From: an uncultured Gemmatimonadota bacterium
GTDB taxonomy: Bacteria; ARS69
Direction of reading: 5' to 3'
Assembly (NCBI GenBank): GCA_964571855.1
Contig: CAZNDO010000017.1
Span: forward strand, 8,393-72,392
Length of the DNA: 64,000 nucleotides
Shown: positions 1 through 9,966 of the stretch, piece after piece
Position numbering within the stretch: position 1 is the first letter of the stretch
Layout of the letters: the number at the start of each line of letters is the position of its first letter
Program-made: the position numbers and the translations under genes
Notes under the pieces: model-generated
What the model was told of the DNA's origin: nothing
Databases searched by the model: none
Seen by the model: only the letters and a program-made list of their open reading frames with translations

Positions 1-1759
<1,759 letters not shown>

Positions 1760-1814
1760 GGCGGCGGACTCTACCACCGGGGCCGCGGCGGCGGCGCGCC
1801 CCGCTTGCTTCCCG

Positions 1815-1828
1815 ACCTATCGATAGGT
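1815..1828. promoter_or_regulatory. Perfect 14-bp palindrome ACCTATCGATAGGT, 12 bp upstream of the TetR start codon. It is a probable TetR operator.
   Basis: Read directly: ACCTATC/GATAGGT is self-complementary. It sits in the 81-bp divergent region between the kinase start (1759) and the TetR ATG (1840). Confidence 0.5.
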
Positions 1829-1839
1829 AGGCTGCCCCC

Positions 1840-2439
1840 ATGACCGCCCCCGCCCCGGACACCCGGACCGCCCTGCTGGACCTGGCCCAGGAGCTGGCCC
1901 AGACGCGCGGGCTGAACGCGTTCAGCTTCCAGGATCTCGCGCGGGGCGTGGGGATCCGCACCGCCAGCGTGCACCATCACTTCCCCACGAAGGCGGACCT
2001 GGCCCGCGAGCTGCTGGCCCGCTACCGGGATCGGTTCCGCGCGCGCCTCGGGGATCTCGAGCGCCGCGCCCGCAGTCCGCGCCGGCGTCTGGACCTCTTC
2101 TGCGGCCTGTTCCTGGACACGCTGCGCGAAGGGAACCGGCTGTGCCTGTGCGGCATGCTGGCCACCGAGTTCACCACGCTGCCCGAGCCCGCGCGCGCCG
2201 AGGTGCGCGCCTTCTACGACGAGACCGAGGCGTGGCTGGCCGGGGTCCTCGAGGAAGGCCGGCGGTCGCGCGCGTTCCGGCTGCACGGTCCCGCGCCCCA
2301 GATGGCGGCGTCGCTGCTCGCCACTCTGGAGGGCGCCATGATCTCCGCACGCACGTTCGGCGACGAGCGGCGTCTCGCGCGCGCCGCGAAGTGGGCGGTG
2401 GCCTCGCTGGCCGCGCCCGCGCGTCCGCGCGGATCCTGA
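1840..2439 (+). CDS. TetR/AcrR family transcriptional regulator
   Basis: A 199-aa protein whose N-terminal HTH region LDLAQELAQTRGLNAFSFQDLARGVGIRTASVHHHFPTKADL is typical of TetR_N. It is divergent from the kinase gene, and a palindrome lies immediately upstream. Confidence 0.85.
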   Translation: MTAPAPDTRTALLDLAQELAQTRGLNAFSFQDLARGVGIRTASVHHHFPTKADLARELLARYRDRFRARLGDLERRARSPRRRLDLFCGLFLDTLREGNRLCLCGMLATEFTTLPEPARAEVRAFYDETEAWLAGVLEEGRRSRAFRLHGPAPQMAASLLATLEGAMISARTFGDERRLARAAKWAVASLAAPARPRGS

Positions 2440-2561
2440 ACCCCGCCGGCCCCGTCGACGGCGGAGCGGACCCGTCCCGCGGGACGCCGTCCGGGAGGCG
2501 ACGGGACTCGAACGGATCCGCGCCCGGCCCCCGCCGGGGCGGAGCCCGGAGGTGCGCACTC

Positions 2562-3059
2562 ATGGGACGTAGAATCGCGTGGACGGGGCTCGTGGGCTTC
2601 GCGGTCCTCGCGGCCGCCTGGACCGCGACGCCGGCCGCCGGGGCGGACGGGACGCCGAGCCCGGAACGCCAGAAGGTGTACGCCGAGATCGAAGCCGCCT
2701 TCGGCTTCGTGCCGGGGTTCCTGAAGACGATCCCGGACATCTCGCTCGCGCACGAGTGGAACACGCTCCGCACCGTGCAGATGGAGCCCGGCGCGATCCC
2801 GAACAAGTACCGGGAGCTGATCGGTCTGGCGGTGGCGGCGGCGAGCGGCTGCGAGTACTGCGCCTACTTCCACACGCAGTTCGCGAGGCTCAACGGCGCC
2901 ACGGACGCCGAGATCGAGGACGCCGTGCACTTCGCGAAGTCCAACAAGGGCTGGAGCACCTACCTGCACGGCATGCAGTACGACCTCGACGAGTTCCGGA
3001 AGGACGTGGATCGCATCTGCGCGCACGCGAAGGCGCAGGCATCCGCCGCCGCGAAGTGA
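2562..3059 (+). CDS. Carboxymuconolactone decarboxylase (AhpD-like) family protein with a signal peptide
   Basis: The ATG at 2562 has a GGAGG 9 nt upstream. The protein starts MGRRIAWTGLVGFAVLAAAW and contains the CMD-family CxxC motif AASGCEYCAYFH. The longer ORF 2142..3059 is an N-terminal over-extension. Confidence 0.75.
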   Translation: MGRRIAWTGLVGFAVLAAAWTATPAAGADGTPSPERQKVYAEIEAAFGFVPGFLKTIPDISLAHEWNTLRTVQMEPGAIPNKYRELIGLAVAAASGCEYCAYFHTQFARLNGATDAEIEDAVHFAKSNKGWSTYLHGMQYDLDEFRKDVDRICAHAKAQASAAAK

Positions 3060-3164
3060 CGCCGGGGCCCTCGCCCCCCCCCGGGGCGAGGGCCTATACT
3101 GCCGCCGCACCTCGGCAAGGTCCTCATCGCCGCAGCACGCCGGCCCCTGATCCGGAGGTCTCGC

Positions 3165-3353
3165 ATGAGACGCACGTGCTGGTTCCTGTTCGCACTCTCC
3201 GTCCTCGCCATGCTCCTCGGCGCCGTGTCCCGGTTCGGCCCGCAGCCGCTGTTCGCCGGCATCGGCGCCGGAACGTTCTGGAAGGCCGCCATGGCCTTCC
3301 TGGCCTACGCCGTGACCCTGCGGCTCCTGGCCCCGGACGCCCGGCCCGCGTGA
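3165..3353 (+). CDS. Small (62-aa) hydrophobic membrane protein of unknown function
   Basis: GGAGG lies 6 nt upstream of the ATG at 3165. The protein has two predicted TM segments and is followed directly by a strong hairpin. Confidence 0.5.
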   Translation: MRRTCWFLFALSVLAMLLGAVSRFGPQPLFAGIGAGTFWKAAMAFLAYAVTLRLLAPDARPA

Positions 3354-3357
3354 CCCC

Positions 3358-3402
3358 GGGGCGCCGGAGACCTCCCGGCGCCCCTTCGTCGGCGTTGTTA
3401 TT
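3358..3402 (+). terminator. Candidate intrinsic terminator. A 10-bp GC stem GGGGCGCCGG/CCGGCGCCCC with loop AGACCTC is followed by the tail TTCGTCGGCGTTGTTATT.
   Basis: The stem is a perfect inverted repeat read from the sequence. It begins 5 nt after the TGA at 3351-3353. Confidence 0.5.
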
Positions 3403-3411
3403 CCATAATGC

Positions 3412-3447
3412 TTGACTTCTGGAATGATCCGGCGTAGGTTCCGTGCA
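3412..3447 (+). promoter_or_regulatory. Sigma70-like promoter TTGACT-17-TAGGTT placed for a leaderless arsR-like transcript. The inverted repeat ATTCCA-N14-TGGAAT overlaps the -35.
   Basis: TTGACT is at 3412-3417 and TAGGTT at 3435-3440, with the ATG at 3447, so the transcription start would fall at or near the start codon. The inverted repeat is a candidate ArsR operator. Confidence 0.35.
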
Positions 3448-4079
3448 TGGCGACGACCCCGAAGCGCGGAGCGCGCCCCCGCCACACCCGGCGAAGCGGC
3501 CGCGCCGCCCTGCAGGCGCTGGCCTCCCCCGCGCGCCAGGAGCTGCTGGCGGCGCTGGACGGCCGCGCCTCGGTGCGGGAGCTGGCGGCGCGGCTGGGCC
3601 GCTCGCGGCAGGCCCTGCACTACCACGTGGCGGTGCTGGAGAAGGCGGGACTCATCCGCGCCGCGGAGTGGCGCGGCGAGGGGCGCGACCGCGAAGCCGT
3701 GTACGAGGCCGTGGCGGATGCCCTGACCGTGGGCGCGCACGCCATCTCGCGCACGGAGCTGGACGCCGGCGAACGCGCGGCGCGCGCCATGCTCCGGCTC
3801 ACCGGCCGGGAGCTGGCCCGCGCGCTGCCCGAGCTCCGCGCCATCGGGACGCCGGGGGTCCGGGAGCTGATGGCCCTGCGCGGCAAGGCGCGGCTCACGC
3901 CCGCGAAGCTGGCGCGCGCGAACGCCCTGATCGACGAGTTGCTGGCCCTCTTCGGCCAGCCGCCGCCGGATGAGGACGCGAAGCTCTACGCCCTCACGCT
4001 CGTGCTCACCCCGTCCCGCGACGCGTCGACGTCCGGGCCCCCGCGCCGGCGTCCCGCGCGCCGGAGGAGGAATCGATGA
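3447..4079 (+). CDS. ArsR/winged-helix family transcriptional regulator
   Basis: The N-terminal region LQALASPARQELLAALDGRASVRELAARLGRSRQALHYHVAVLEKAGLI is HTH_20/ArsR-like. Its stop overlaps the next start (ATGA). Confidence 0.75.
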   Translation: MATTPKRGARPRHTRRSGRAALQALASPARQELLAALDGRASVRELAARLGRSRQALHYHVAVLEKAGLIRAAEWRGEGRDREAVYEAVADALTVGAHAISRTELDAGERAARAMLRLTGRELARALPELRAIGTPGVRELMALRGKARLTPAKLARANALIDELLALFGQPPPDEDAKLYALTLVLTPSRDASTSGPPRRRPARRRRNR

Positions 4080-4807
4080 ACCCCGGTCCGCTGGACCATC
4101 TCGTGGCGTTCCTGCTCGTCGTGGCGTTCCCGGTATACGGGGCGCTCACGTACCCGAAGCTCGTGGCCGCCGTGCGCGCGGGCCGCAAGGATGCGCGCGT
4201 GAACGAGTACCGCTGGACCGCCGCCATCCAGTGGGCGCTCGTCGCCCTCACGCTCACGGTGTGGCTGGGTGCGGGCCGCTCCCTCCCCGCACTGGGGCTC
4301 ACCGTGCCCGGGGACGCGCGCACGCTCGTCGGCGCCGCGCTCGCCGCGCTCGGCCTCGGCCTCCTCGCGGCGCAGTGGGCGCAGATCCGCCGCGCGGACG
4401 ACTCCGGGCGCGCGCAGTACCGCGAGGCCCTGCGCAACGTGCAGGAGATGATGCCGCACACCGGGGAGGAGGGGCGCTGGTTCCGCGTGCTCTCCGTGAC
4501 CGCGGGCATCTGCGAGGAGATCCTGTTCCGCGGCTTCCTCATCGCGTACTTCGGCGCGTACGTCGGCGTCTGGCCGGCCGTGGCCCTGAGTGCCGTTGCA
4601 TTCGGATTCGGGCACTTCTACCAGGGCGCGGCAGGCGTGGTGAAGACCGGGCTCGTCGGCGCCGTGGCCGGCGCGCTGTACGCCGGCACCGGCTCCCTCC
4701 TGTGGCCCATGCTGCTGCACGCGGCGGTGGACCTCCAGGCGGGAGCCATCGCGCTGCGCGTCCTGCCGGAGGCGCCGCCTCCCGCGCCCGCCGCGTGGCA
4801 CTCCTGA
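4076..4807 (+). CDS. CPBP (CAAX/Abi) family intramembrane metalloprotease
   Basis: It carries the three family motifs: EEILFRGFL, FGFGHFYQ and HAAVD. It is polytopic and overlaps the arsR-like gene by 4 bp. Confidence 0.8.
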   Translation: MNPGPLDHLVAFLLVVAFPVYGALTYPKLVAAVRAGRKDARVNEYRWTAAIQWALVALTLTVWLGAGRSLPALGLTVPGDARTLVGAALAALGLGLLAAQWAQIRRADDSGRAQYREALRNVQEMMPHTGEEGRWFRVLSVTAGICEEILFRGFLIAYFGAYVGVWPAVALSAVAFGFGHFYQGAAGVVKTGLVGAVAGALYAGTGSLLWPMLLHAAVDLQAGAIALRVLPEAPPPAPAAWHS

Positions 4808-4896
4808 CCGTTTCCTGACGACACCATGACCTCCCGGTGGGGCGACCCGCCGCTCCCCGGGAGGACACTGGCCTCCCGCACTCCGCCGGAGGTCCC

Positions 4897-6624
4897 ATGA
4901 GCCTGCGCCCCGTCGCCTGCCTGATCCCGTCCGCCCTTCTCGCGGCCGCCGCCCCGGTCGCCGCCGCCACCTTCACGAAGGTCACGTCCGGCGTCGTGGT
5001 CCAGGACGCCTCCGAATCCACGGGCGGCGCCTGGGAGGACTTCGACGCGGACGGCGACCCCGACCTGTTCGTCTCCTGCGGCAACCTGGCGGCGGCGAAC
5101 AACCGGCTGTACCGGAACGACTTCGGCCTCTTCTTCGCGCTCGTCCCGGGCCCGGTGGCCGCGGACGGCACGCCGTCCATCGGCGGCGCGTGGGGCGACA
5201 TGGACGGCGACGGCGACCCCGACCTGCACGTGTCGAACCGGCAGGGCGTGGACAACCTCCTGTACCGCAACGACGGCGCGGGCGCCTTCGCCCCCGTCAC
5301 CACCGGCGGCCCCGTCACTTCCGGCGGGAACTCGAACTCCGCCTCCTGGGTGGACATCGACCTCGACGGCGACCTCGATCTCTTCGTGATCGAGTTCAAC
5401 GAGACGAACCACCACTGGCGCAACGACGGCGGCGTCTTCACGGCGGTCACCACCGGTCCGCACGTGACCGAGACCTCGTTCTCCATCAGCGGCGTGTGGA
5501 GCGACTACGACCGCGACGGCGACTCCGACCTGTACGTGGCGAACGGCGGCAACCAGCACAACGCCCTGTACCGCAACGACGGCGGCACGTTCGTGAACGT
5601 GACCGCCGCCGCCCAGCTCCAGCACGGCGGCAACACGATCGGCGCGAGCTGGGGCGACTGGGACAACGACGGCTGGTCCGACCTCCTCGCCGCCAACACG
5701 CTCGGGCAGAACGAGGTGCTGTACCGCAACCTCGGCGACGGCACGTTCGAGCGCATCCTGACCGGGCCCGTCGTCACCGCCGGCGGCAACTCCGTCGGCA
5801 GCGCGTTCGGGGACGTCGACAACGACGGCGACCTCGACCTCTTCGTAGGGAACGACGGCACGGACAACGCCCTCTTCCGCAACGACGGCGGCGGCGCATT
5901 CACACGGATCACCACCGGCGCGATCGTCACGGACGGCGGCCAGACCTTCGGCGTCTCCCTCGCCGACTGGAACTCCGACGGCTGGCTGGACGCCTTCGCG
6001 GCGAACCGGCTGGACGAGGACGACTTCCTGTACACGAACGACGGCGGCGCGAACCGGTGGCTGGAGGTGGCGCTGACCGGCACCGTGTCGAACCGCACGG
6101 GGATCGGCACGCGCGTGGAGGCGTACGCCACCATCGGCGGGGTCCCGGTGCGGCAGATGCGCGAGCGCCAGTCGCAGAGCGGCTACAACAGCGCGGCCGA
6201 CCCGCGGCTGCACTTCGGCCTCGGCGACGCGGCCACGGTGGACTCGCTGGTGGTGGCGTGGCCGTCCGGGCTCGTGGAGACGCTGCGCGACGTGGCGGTG
6301 GACCAGGTCCTCGCCCTCGTGGAGGGTGCCACCCTGACCGGCGCGCCGGAAGCGGCATCCGCTCCGCTCGGCGCCCTGCGCGTGGCGCCGAACCCCGCGC
6401 GCGGCGACGCCGCGATCCGCTGGTCCGCGCCGGGCGGCGACACGGTGGCCGTGCGCATCTTCGACCTGCGCGGCCGCCTCGTGCGTTCCCTCGCCCCGTC
6501 CGCGCACGAGGCGGTGTGGGACGGCCGCGACGACGCCGGCCGCGCGGTGGCCGCCGGCACGTACTTCGCGGTGGCGACCGGTCGCGAGCGCACCGGGATC
6601 GCGCGGATGACGCGGTTGCGCTGA
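4897..6624 (+). CDS. CRTAC1/ASPIC-UnbV family protein with FG-GAP/VCBS repeats and a C-terminal FlgD-Ig/T9SS-like domain
   Basis: GGAGG lies 5 nt upstream of the ATG at 4897, and the protein begins with a signal peptide, MSLRPVACLIPSALLAAAAPVAAA. Repeated DxDGDGDxDL motifs are present, the UnbV/ASPIC signature is NRTGIGTRVEAY, and the C-terminal domain reads PNPARGDAAIRW..VAVRIFDLRGRLVRSL..WDGRDDAGRAVAAGTYF. Confidence 0.8.
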   Translation: MSLRPVACLIPSALLAAAAPVAAATFTKVTSGVVVQDASESTGGAWEDFDADGDPDLFVSCGNLAAANNRLYRNDFGLFFALVPGPVAADGTPSIGGAWGDMDGDGDPDLHVSNRQGVDNLLYRNDGAGAFAPVTTGGPVTSGGNSNSASWVDIDLDGDLDLFVIEFNETNHHWRNDGGVFTAVTTGPHVTETSFSISGVWSDYDRDGDSDLYVANGGNQHNALYRNDGGTFVNVTAAAQLQHGGNTIGASWGDWDNDGWSDLLAANTLGQNEVLYRNLGDGTFERILTGPVVTAGGNSVGSAFGDVDNDGDLDLFVGNDGTDNALFRNDGGGAFTRITTGAIVTDGGQTFGVSLADWNSDGWLDAFAANRLDEDDFLYTNDGGANRWLEVALTGTVSNRTGIGTRVEAYATIGGVPVRQMRERQSQSGYNSAADPRLHFGLGDAATVDSLVVAWPSGLVETLRDVAVDQVLALVEGATLTGAPEAASAPLGALRVAPNPARGDAAIRWSAPGGDTVAVRIFDLRGRLVRSLAPSAHEAVWDGRDDAGRAVAAGTYFAVATGRERTGIARMTRLR

Positions 6625-6628
6625 GCGG

Positions 6629-7321
6629 TCAGCGGCGGAGGCGGTAGCCCAGCTTCCGCACGGTGAGGATGTGCCGCGGGCGGGCAGGGTCCTCCTCCAG
6701 CTTGCGGCGCAGCTCGCCCACGTGGGTGTCCACGGTGCGGGATTCCACCGTGGCGGGGTAGCCGAACACGCGCTCCAGCAGCTCGGTGCGGGACACGACG
6801 TTGCCGCGCCGGTCGTACAGCTCCAGCAGCAGCGCGAACTCCTTCGGCGTGAGCGCAACGGCGGCGCCGCGGGCGCGGACGCTGCGCGTGCCGCGGTTGA
6901 TCTCCACGGCGCCGAAGCGCTCCCACGCCTCCTCCGGGTCGGCGGCCGCGGGCGCGCCGCCGCCGCGGCGCAGCAGCGCCTGCACGCGCGCCAGCAGCTC
7001 GAGCAGGCTGAACGGCTTCGTGACGTAGTCGTCCGCGCCCCACTTCAGCCCGCGCACGCGGTCCATCTCCTCGCCGCGCGCGGTCAGCATCAGCACGGGC
7101 ACGGCGCAGCCGTCGGCGCGCAGCCGGCGCAGCACCTCGTAGCCGTCCGGCGCGGGGATCATGATGTCCAGGATGACGAGGGCGTAGCGGCCGGACCGGG
7201 CCTCGGTGAGCGCCGCCTCGCCGTCCGCGACCGCGTGCACCTCGTGCCCCTCGAACTCCAGGTTCGTGCGCAGGCCGTGCGCCAGCTCCGCGTTGTCCTC
7301 CACCACGAGGATCCGCGTCAT
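6629..7321 (-). CDS. OmpR/PhoB-family response regulator
   Basis: MTRILVVEDNAELAHGL is followed by a receiver domain and a winged-helix output domain (TVDTHVGELRRKL). Its start overlaps the stop of the kinase gene. Confidence 0.85.
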   Translation of the reverse strand: MTRILVVEDNAELAHGLRTNLEFEGHEVHAVADGEAALTEARSGRYALVILDIMIPAPDGYEVLRRLRADGCAVPVLMLTARGEEMDRVRGLKWGADDYVTKPFSLLELLARVQALLRRGGGAPAAADPEEAWERFGAVEINRGTRSVRARGAAVALTPKEFALLLELYDRRGNVVSRTELLERVFGYPATVESRTVDTHVGELRRKLEEDPARPRHILTVRKLGYRLRR

Positions 7322-8919
7322 GGCGCGGCGCCCTCCGCCGGCGTCGCGGGAATCCGCAGCACGAAGCGGGCCCCGCCCCCTTCCCGCTCTTCCACGGACG
7401 CGGTCCCGTGGTGCAGCGCCGCGATGTCCTTCACCACCGCCAGTCCGAGCCCGGAGCCCGCGGTCGCCGAACCGCGGTCCCGATCCAGGCGGAAGAACCG
7501 CTCCCACACGCGCTCGCGCTCCGCGACCGGAACGCCGGGACCGTGATCCTCCACCGCCAGCGCCACGTCCGCCCCCGCGCGCGCCGCGACGAGCACGATC
7601 TCCTGGCCCTTCGGCCCGTACTTCACCGCGTTGTCCAGGAGGTTGGACACGGCCTGCCGCAGGAGGAACGCGTCCGCGTGCACGCGAAGCCCCGGCGCGG
7701 CCCGGCAGCGCAGGTCCATCCCGCGCGCGGCGGCGAACGCGCGGAAGGACGCCGCCGTATCCTCGGCGAGTGCGCCGACATCCACCGGGCGCAGCTCCGC
7801 CGTGAGCGCGCCGCGGCCCGCGCGCGACGCGAGCAGCACGTTGTCCACGAGGTGCGTGAGCCGCTCGCTCTCGCGCTCCGCCACCTCCAGCGCGTGGTCG
7901 CGCTCCGCGGCGTCGCGCACGCGGCCCAGGCGCACCGTCTCCGCGGACAGCCGGATGTTCGCGAGCGGCGTGCGCAGCTCGTGCGAGACGCTGGCCAGGA
8001 AGTCCTCGCGCAGCCGGGCGGTGGCGGCCTCGCGGCGGAGCTGGACGAGGGCGAACGCCAGCAGCGCGACCGCCAGCGCCAGCAGCGCCAGCATCCACGG
8101 CAACGTGGACGGCGGCACGCCGCCCGCCACGAGCGCGGGCGCGGCACCGGGATCGATGCGCACGCGCGCCACCATCCCGTCCAGCACGGGCGGCGCGGCC
8201 TCGTGCGCGGTGAAGTCCCCGGCGAGCGGCCCGGGCTCGCCCGCGAGCAGCGACCCGTCGGTCCCCTCCAGCCGCCACCGGAGCCAGGCCGGCGCCGCGT
8301 CACCGTGCAGCAGGAACCGGGGGAGCACGGGCGCCACCGCCACGATGCCCAGCAGCTCCTCCCGCAGCGCGTCCGGCTCGAAGCGGAAGATCCACGCCGC
8401 CGCGGGCGCGCCGTCCGCGGCACGGACAAGCCAGTACGCGAAGCGGAGGTCCTCCCGCAGCACCGCGCCCCAGTCCGGCCCGCTCCCCGCGGCGTCCCGG
8501 GCGCGATCGCCCAGCGTCCGGACGATCGCCGCGTCCTCCCCGGCCGTCCCCGACGTCCCCGCCGCATCCCCCGCCAGCGGCACGCGCCGGATCTCCCGGA
8601 CCGCCGCCAGCGCGTCGCGACCCCGGGGCGGCGCCGTCCGCTCCAGCTCCCGCGGGTCCACGGCCGGCCCCGCGCCGGACGCCTCCAGGTTCACCGCCTG
8701 CCCCGCCAGCGCCACGCAGGTGTAGGCCCCGAAGCGCACCTGCAGCCGCTCCACCAGCCCGGTGGCCCCCACCTGGGCATAGTTCGCCAGGGCCTGCCGG
8801 GCCACCTCGCGGTGGGATCGCTCGGCCCGGAACGCGGCGAAGGCAAGGACCACGGCCACGGCCAGGAGCAGCCCGAGCCACGCGGCCAGGAGGCGTGAGC
8901 CGTGGAGGAAGCGGGCCAT
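7318..8919 (-). CDS. Sensor histidine kinase (membrane-bound, HisKA plus HATPase_c)
   Basis: The protein starts MARFLHGSRLLAAWLGLLLAVAVVL and has the H-box SHELRTPLANI, the N-box NLLDNAVKYG and the G-box GSGLGLAVVKDI. It overlaps the response-regulator gene by 4 bp. Confidence 0.8.
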   Translation of the reverse strand: MARFLHGSRLLAAWLGLLLAVAVVLAFAAFRAERSHREVARQALANYAQVGATGLVERLQVRFGAYTCVALAGQAVNLEASGAGPAVDPRELERTAPPRGRDALAAVREIRRVPLAGDAAGTSGTAGEDAAIVRTLGDRARDAAGSGPDWGAVLREDLRFAYWLVRAADGAPAAAWIFRFEPDALREELLGIVAVAPVLPRFLLHGDAAPAWLRWRLEGTDGSLLAGEPGPLAGDFTAHEAAPPVLDGMVARVRIDPGAAPALVAGGVPPSTLPWMLALLALAVALLAFALVQLRREAATARLREDFLASVSHELRTPLANIRLSAETVRLGRVRDAAERDHALEVAERESERLTHLVDNVLLASRAGRGALTAELRPVDVGALAEDTAASFRAFAAARGMDLRCRAAPGLRVHADAFLLRQAVSNLLDNAVKYGPKGQEIVLVAARAGADVALAVEDHGPGVPVAERERVWERFFRLDRDRGSATAGSGLGLAVVKDIAALHHGTASVEEREGGGARFVLRIPATPAEGAAP

Positions 8920-9072
8920 GGCGACGATCCCGTGGTTCGGGTGGCCTGCCGCGCGGCACCGCGGCCCGGTGGGTTGCGCAGCCACGGTAGCGAACGCCGG
9001 CCGGCTCGGCAATCGGGCGGGCGATCCTGACGAAGATCAGTGCGCGCGGCACGATTTCGACGGCCGCACCGG

Positions 9073-9116
9073 TTGACCCCCCGCCGTTCCGTTCCTATTG
9101 TGCATATGCACACAAT
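9073..9116 (+). promoter_or_regulatory. Promoter TTGACC-17-TATTGT with the perfect 14-bp palindrome TGTGCATATGCACA covering the -10 and transcription start, upstream of the DUF134 gene
   Basis: Read directly: TTGACC is at 9073-9078, TATTGT at 9096-9101, and the palindrome at 9100-9113. This is the classic layout of a repressor operator overlapping a promoter. Confidence 0.45.
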
Positions 9117-9133
9117 CACCGAGGTCACGTGCC

Positions 9134-9442
9134 GTGCCCAGACCGCCGAAGCCCCGCCGCTGCCGCACCTTCCACGGGGACCGCGTCTTCAAGCCGCGCA
9201 GCATCCCCATGACGGACCTCGCCGTCGTCCCGCTCGGGCTGGACGAACTGGAGGCGATGCGGCTGTGCGACCTCGTGGGGCTGGACCAGGAGACCGCGGG
9301 TGGCCGCATGAAGGTCTCCCGCGGCACGGTGCAGCGGCTGTTGCAGTCCGGACGGGCGAAGGTCCTCTCCGCCCTCGTGGACTCGCAGGCCCTGGTGATC
9401 GGAGGGGGGAGCCATCATGAAGGTCTGCATCCCCACGCTTGA
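9134..9442 (+). CDS. DUF134 (UPF0251) family predicted DNA-binding protein
   Basis: PRPPKPRRCRTFHGDRVFKPRSIPMTDLAVVPLGLDELEAMRLCDLVGLDQE..VSRGTVQRLLQSGRAKV matches the DUF134 pattern. The likely start is GTG 9134, with GAGG upstream. A TTG at 9098 is the alternative. Confidence 0.65.
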   Translation: MPRPPKPRRCRTFHGDRVFKPRSIPMTDLAVVPLGLDELEAMRLCDLVGLDQETAGGRMKVSRGTVQRLLQSGRAKVLSALVDSQALVIGGGSHHEGLHPHA

Positions 9443-9830
9443 CGGCCGCGGGCTGGAAGCCACCGTGGCCAGCCACTTCGGGAGCGCGCCCGTCTTCACG
9501 CTCGTGGACGTGGAGACCCGCCGCACGCACATCCTGGCGAACGAAGAGACCCACGGGGACCACACCGGCTGCCACTCGTCCGGGCGGTTGCATCGCCTGG
9601 GCGTGGACGCGGTCCTGTGCCGCGGCATGGGGCGGCAGGCGTTCACGCGCCTCGCCGAGGACGGCATCGCCGTGTTCGTGGTGCACGACGCGGACGTGAC
9701 GGCGGCCATGGACGCCCTTTGCACCGGCCGCGCCCGGCTGCTCACGGCCGAGCAGGCCTGCGGCGGCGGGCACGGACACGGTTGCGGGGACGCGGCGAAC
9801 CGCGGCCTCCCGCACGAGGTCGGCCGCTAG
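9417..9830 (+). CDS. Dinitrogenase FeMo-cofactor-binding (NifX/NafY-like, Nitro_FeMo-Co) family protein
   Basis: MKVCIPTLDGRGLEATVASHFGSAPVFTLVDVET is typical of that family. It overlaps the DUF134 gene, and the two families are known to co-occur. Confidence 0.65.
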   Translation: MKVCIPTLDGRGLEATVASHFGSAPVFTLVDVETRRTHILANEETHGDHTGCHSSGRLHRLGVDAVLCRGMGRQAFTRLAEDGIAVFVVHDADVTAAMDALCTGRARLLTAEQACGGGHGHGCGDAANRGLPHEVGR

Positions 9831-9966
9831 GGTCGCTCCCGGCTCGCGTCCCGCGCCGGTCGACCGCCGTGCGCGGCGCGTGGTATGGATCGGTCTCGAC
9901 GCGCCGGGAACCCCGAGCCCCTCGGGCGTGTACCTCCGGCGACCTCATCCCCGGGAGCAGCAAGAC

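Noticed and set aside
2440-2560. GTTCGAGTCC T-loop-like motif and GTCCCGCGGGAC palindrome, possibly a tRNA on the minus strand
   Set aside because: No acceptor or D-arm structure and no cloverleaf could be built. The putative body would overlap the CMD gene start, so this is judged coincidental GC-rich repeats.
4618-8898. Long ORFs 4618..6858 (-), 5190..6647 (+), 7408..8898 (+) and 7623..8567 (-)
   Set aside because: They overlap the well-supported CRTAC1, response-regulator and histidine-kinase genes in other frames or on the other strand, and their translations are R/G/P-biased.
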